From Eledone cirrhosa (lineage: Eukaryota): a stretch of DNA of 64,000 nucleotides. The notes below the pieces were generated by a model. That model did not search any database and was not told the DNA's origin. It worked only from the letters and a program-made list of their open reading frames with translations. This document shows, piece after piece, positions 60,255 through 64,000 of the stretch (position 1 is the stretch's first letter; each line of letters begins with the position of its first letter). The position numbers and the translations under genes were made by a program. The DNA lies in contig OZ024741.1 in assembly GCA_964016885.1 (NCBI GenBank), positions 103,230,001-103,294,000 on the forward strand. Reading direction: 5' to 3'.

Positions 60255-61915
60255 TTGTTTTTAGTCCTGCAGGATGTCCAAAGTCACCCTCCTCACCAAG
60301 AAACCTTGGTGGGGTTGCCGGTTTAGTCGCCAACGACCCGACCATGAGACAGGTTGCACTGGGATACATGTTACCAGTAGCACCAACTGGTGACCTGTCA
60401 AAGGGCAAAGGAGCTCTTAAGAGTCAATGGCCATCCAAAATCACCGGGAGAGATGACCCCTTAGCCTTTGTCAAGGCAGAATTCTAGGAGAAGGAAAACT
60501 CTGATATAACACCTGCAACTCTGATGGTATCCAATGATGTTGACTTGTTCTTCTTTTTGGTAAATATCATCTTGGTTAAGAGAGTGGGACTGGTTTTGTG
60601 CAGTGCCTTTGCTCACTATAAAAGCTTCACGGCACAGGCATGCTTTATATCTGGAGATCTCTCTGCATTTGTCGTCACATGGTACCATGGGCCCAGCACT
60701 ATGTGTCAATAATTGTCACAAGTGTAGTGTTTGTACCAGAGTTTTCAAGTCGCTGGCTGGACTAAAATGTCACACTCGTTCAGCGCATCGGTAGGGGTTC
60801 TCCTACATGGATATAAAGTAGTGGCCGTACTCGAAGACGAGTTGGCAGCCACCATGTATGTATGTATGTATGTATGAATGTATGTATGTATGTATGTATG
60901 TATGTATGTATGTATGTATGTATGTATGTATGTATGTATGTATGTCAGGTCGCTCTCGAATGCTGCTGGTAACATGTAACCCAGTACAACCTGTCTCATG
61001 GTCGGGTTATCAGCGACTAAACTGGCAACCCCACCAAGCTAGTTTGGTGAGGAAGGTGATATTTGGACACCCTGCAGGATGAAATACAAGACCCGGCAAA
61101 GAGCGGAAGATCTCAGCAGAGTCAACGGTCATCCAAATATATATATATATATTTTTTCACCTTGGAGTGGAGGGCCCCCAATTGTTGTCGCAATATCTTT
61201 CTAGGAGAGAGAAAATCTGAAAAAAACCTGCGGCTTCGGAAGCATCCGATGATGTTGATCCTTTTCGGGTAGTGTTTTCGATGCTCAGAGAGTGGGATTG
61301 GTCGAGTGTAAGGCCTTTCCCCACTTAAAAAACCTTCAAAACACAGGCATTGCTTGTTTAGGATATGTTACAGGTTCATGTGGCTGGCCGTAGCCTAGAA
61401 ATGCACCAAACTCTATAATCGGACAAGCGATTGCAATACTCTTAGCAAAGTTTGCAGCCATCATGTATGTATGGTGATTTTTGGACACCCTGCAGGCTGA
61501 AAAACAAAACCCATCAAAGGGAAGAGGAATCAGGAGAGTCAACGGCCATCCAATCATTTTTTTTTCTTTTTTTTTGCGGGTTGAGAGACTTCTATTCTTC
61601 ATTAAGACATCTCGCTGGGAGAAAATCACTCTGATATAAAACCTGCAACATCGTTTTCATCCAATGATGTAGACCAGATCTTTTTGGGCAAATGCATTGG
61701 ATGTTCAGAGAATGGAATTGACCTCGTGCAAAGCCTTTCTTCACTTAAAAAACTTCAAGCACAGGCATCGCTTGATATGTGACATTTTTTGCGATACATG
61801 GTATTGCTGGCCATAGACAAGTCTCTAGGAGGACTAAAAAGCCACATCCTTGATGCTCATGCTTAAGTAGTATCAAGCAATGGCATTACTCGAAATCGAG
61901 TTGCAGCTATCATTA
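60255..61915 (+). mobile_element. Cluster of three RTE-derived SINE-like copies separated by (ATGT)n
   Basis: 60255-60855 (head inverted), 60943-61472 (complete-looking) and 61473-61915 share the CTGATATAAAACCTGC / GAGAGTGGGA / CACAGGCAT body and RTE-like tails. Confidence 0.75.
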
Positions 61916-61939
61916 TCATCTATATATGTAATGTATGTA

Positions 61940-64000
61940 TGTTCTTCTGGTTTTATAATTTCACAAAGTTTTACCACTAGAGAGAGAGTCAGTTTCTAAC
62001 ATAGACACAAGACTCTCTCATTGGAATTTACACAACATCATCTAGGTAGATATGTATGTATGAATGCATGTGTAGATATGGATGTTATTATATGTGTGGA
62101 TGTGGATGTTTTGAGTTGTATGTGTGCATGTGTATATGCTTTGTATCTGTACATGTGTATATGCAGTTATTAGATGCAAAATTTTTGGAATGTTTTACAT
62201 ATTTTTACTGTTCCATTAATGGATTGTACTTGTAGTTTCCTAACTAGTTGTGTTCTTTCTGTTCCTGTGAAGCCTAGCTTCTCAATATTTGTATCGAGGC
62301 AGTTACTAACATACCCCAGTGCCCCAATAATCACAGGCATAAATCTGAAGGTGTAATCAGGGTGGAGTATCTGCAGATTTCTCATCAGTTCTGCATAAAT
62401 ATTCTCCTTTCCACTAATCTTTGATATTATATTGGCATCTGCTGGGCAGCTAATTTCCACTACTGTGCATGTTTTCTTCTCCCTGTCCCATATCATAATA
62501 TCTGGTCTGTTATGCCTGCATTTTATTGGGGTTTTTACTGGAACATTCCACCAGTACTCTTTCATATTATGTACATGGATGTCTTCCACATTGTTGTAGC
62601 TTTTAATGTGTTTATTATCGGGGCTATCTCTTTTACGAACTGCATTGTACAGTGTTTTGGCCACTACATCATGCCTCATAGGTAGATAGTACCGCGATGA
62701 CATCTTTGGACAACTGCTGATGACATGGGTGATATCCTCGATGTTAGTTCTGCAGAGTCTGCACTTGTTATCACATCTAGGTGTTTTGCCTGCATCCCTA
62801 TCTCTTTTGTGAATCAGGTATTTCGTGCTAATCTCCTGTTCCTGGATTGAAAAAGCGTATCCTTCAAAGTGGGAGCCAATATAGCGGTTGTTGGTCCAAG
62901 ATAGACTACTTTCCTTAACTATATTACTCTCTCTCTGGAGCTTCCTGGCAACATATGCATGCATGATTTTTTGCTGATAGGCATGCAGTTTTTCATCCAT
63001 GGATTCACTGCGATACTGCTGAGCGACATCCCTGGGTGTGAGTTTTTGATTATCACACAGGGAATATCTCTCAAGGAGTTCCTTCCCAACTCTCATGATC
63101 TTATCTGTTTAATGCAGATAGACTTGCTCGAGAAACGGGCTCCTACGCTTCGAGGTTCGTAGATGTCGGAGAGATATGATGCGACATTCAAATGTTGTCT
63201 GGACTGATGTTAGGCCTCTGCCTCCCTGCTTGCGTTTCAAGTAAAGGCGGTCTATGTCACTGTTGATGTGGAAGTTTCCGGTGTTGTTCAGTATTTTTCG
63301 AGTTCCAACATCAACTGCTCGGATTTCGACTATCGTCCAATTGAGTATTCCAAACGTTGGTGTTAGGACAGGCACAGCAAGTACATTGTGAGCCACTGTT
63401 TTGTTTTGCGCAGAGAGTTCTGATGACCAGATCTTTCTTAATCGGGTGTAGTGTTCCCTGGTTACGCGTTCTTTATTACAGATACCATTATAGGATATGT
63501 TCTCATCTATCCCCAGGTATCTGTAGCAGTCCTCATCATATATCGGTGAAACAGTTCGACCATTGATGACAATGTTGCTAGATTGGGTTTTTCCCCGCTT
63601 TCAGTCATATATGAGCATTTATCTTGGCCAAACTCCATTCCTATATCCTTTGAGAACGTTGTAACCAGGTCAAGATTTTTCTTCATCCTATCCATGTTCT
63701 TGGCATAGAGTTTCAGATCGTCCACAAAGAAATTATGGGTTAGGTTCGTATTTCTGTCCTCCTGTGAGCCAATGATGTATCCCTCACATTTCTTGAGCAG
63801 AAAGGACAAGGGGTTTAATGACAGGATGAACAATATCACAGAGAGACTGTCCGCCTGAAATATACCCCTGCAATATTTTATTTTATCAGTAAAAATAGAG
63901 TCCTCCCTCTCTGTCTTTAACCTTAGGATAGTAGCCCAAGAAGAAGACAGCCTCTCTATGGCTCTGACAATAATGTCTGGTACTTTGGCAAGTTGGAGGG
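61940..64000 (-). mobile_element. R4/Dong-like non-LTR retrotransposon (RT, CCHC, REL endonuclease, 3' UTR) running off the right edge
   Basis: RGIFQADSLSVILFILSLNPL, THNFFVDDLKLYAK, DIGMEFGQDKC, RLYLKRKQGGRGL, CRLC..THVISSCP, RHD, RPDI..VEISCP..K; frameshifted; (CATA)n tail. Confidence 0.9.

Overview
AT-rich, microsatellite-dense animal genomic DNA. The SINE families and repeat landscape look cephalopod (Octopus-like); this is inference, not a database result. No host protein-coding gene is recognisable, and almost the whole window is nested transposon material. It holds: (i) Penelope-like elements (PLEs; RT plus C-terminal GIY-YIG) of at least three types (Hydra-like, Neptune-like and a third, possibly Nematis-like), mostly 5'-truncated, capped by inverted copies of their own 3' ends and sitting in (TA)n; (ii) a decayed Tx1/L1 LINE; (iii) RTE fragments and an RTE-derived SINE family; (iv) R4/Dong-like REL-endonuclease LINEs; (v) a non-autonomous Helitron, a mariner remnant, tRNA-derived SINEs and a 9 x 122 bp tandem array. 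The main hidden signal is about 30 type I hammerhead ribozyme (HHR) motifs found by eye on both strands. Many have palindromic stem III (dimer type) or recurrent non-canonical cores: compensated U3-A8, U4C, a mismatched 10.1-11.1 pair, or stem II up to about 105 nt. They include an ORF-less 558-bp tandem unit with one HHR per unit, a candidate retrozyme or circRNA source. All folds were made by hand and none is tested for activity.
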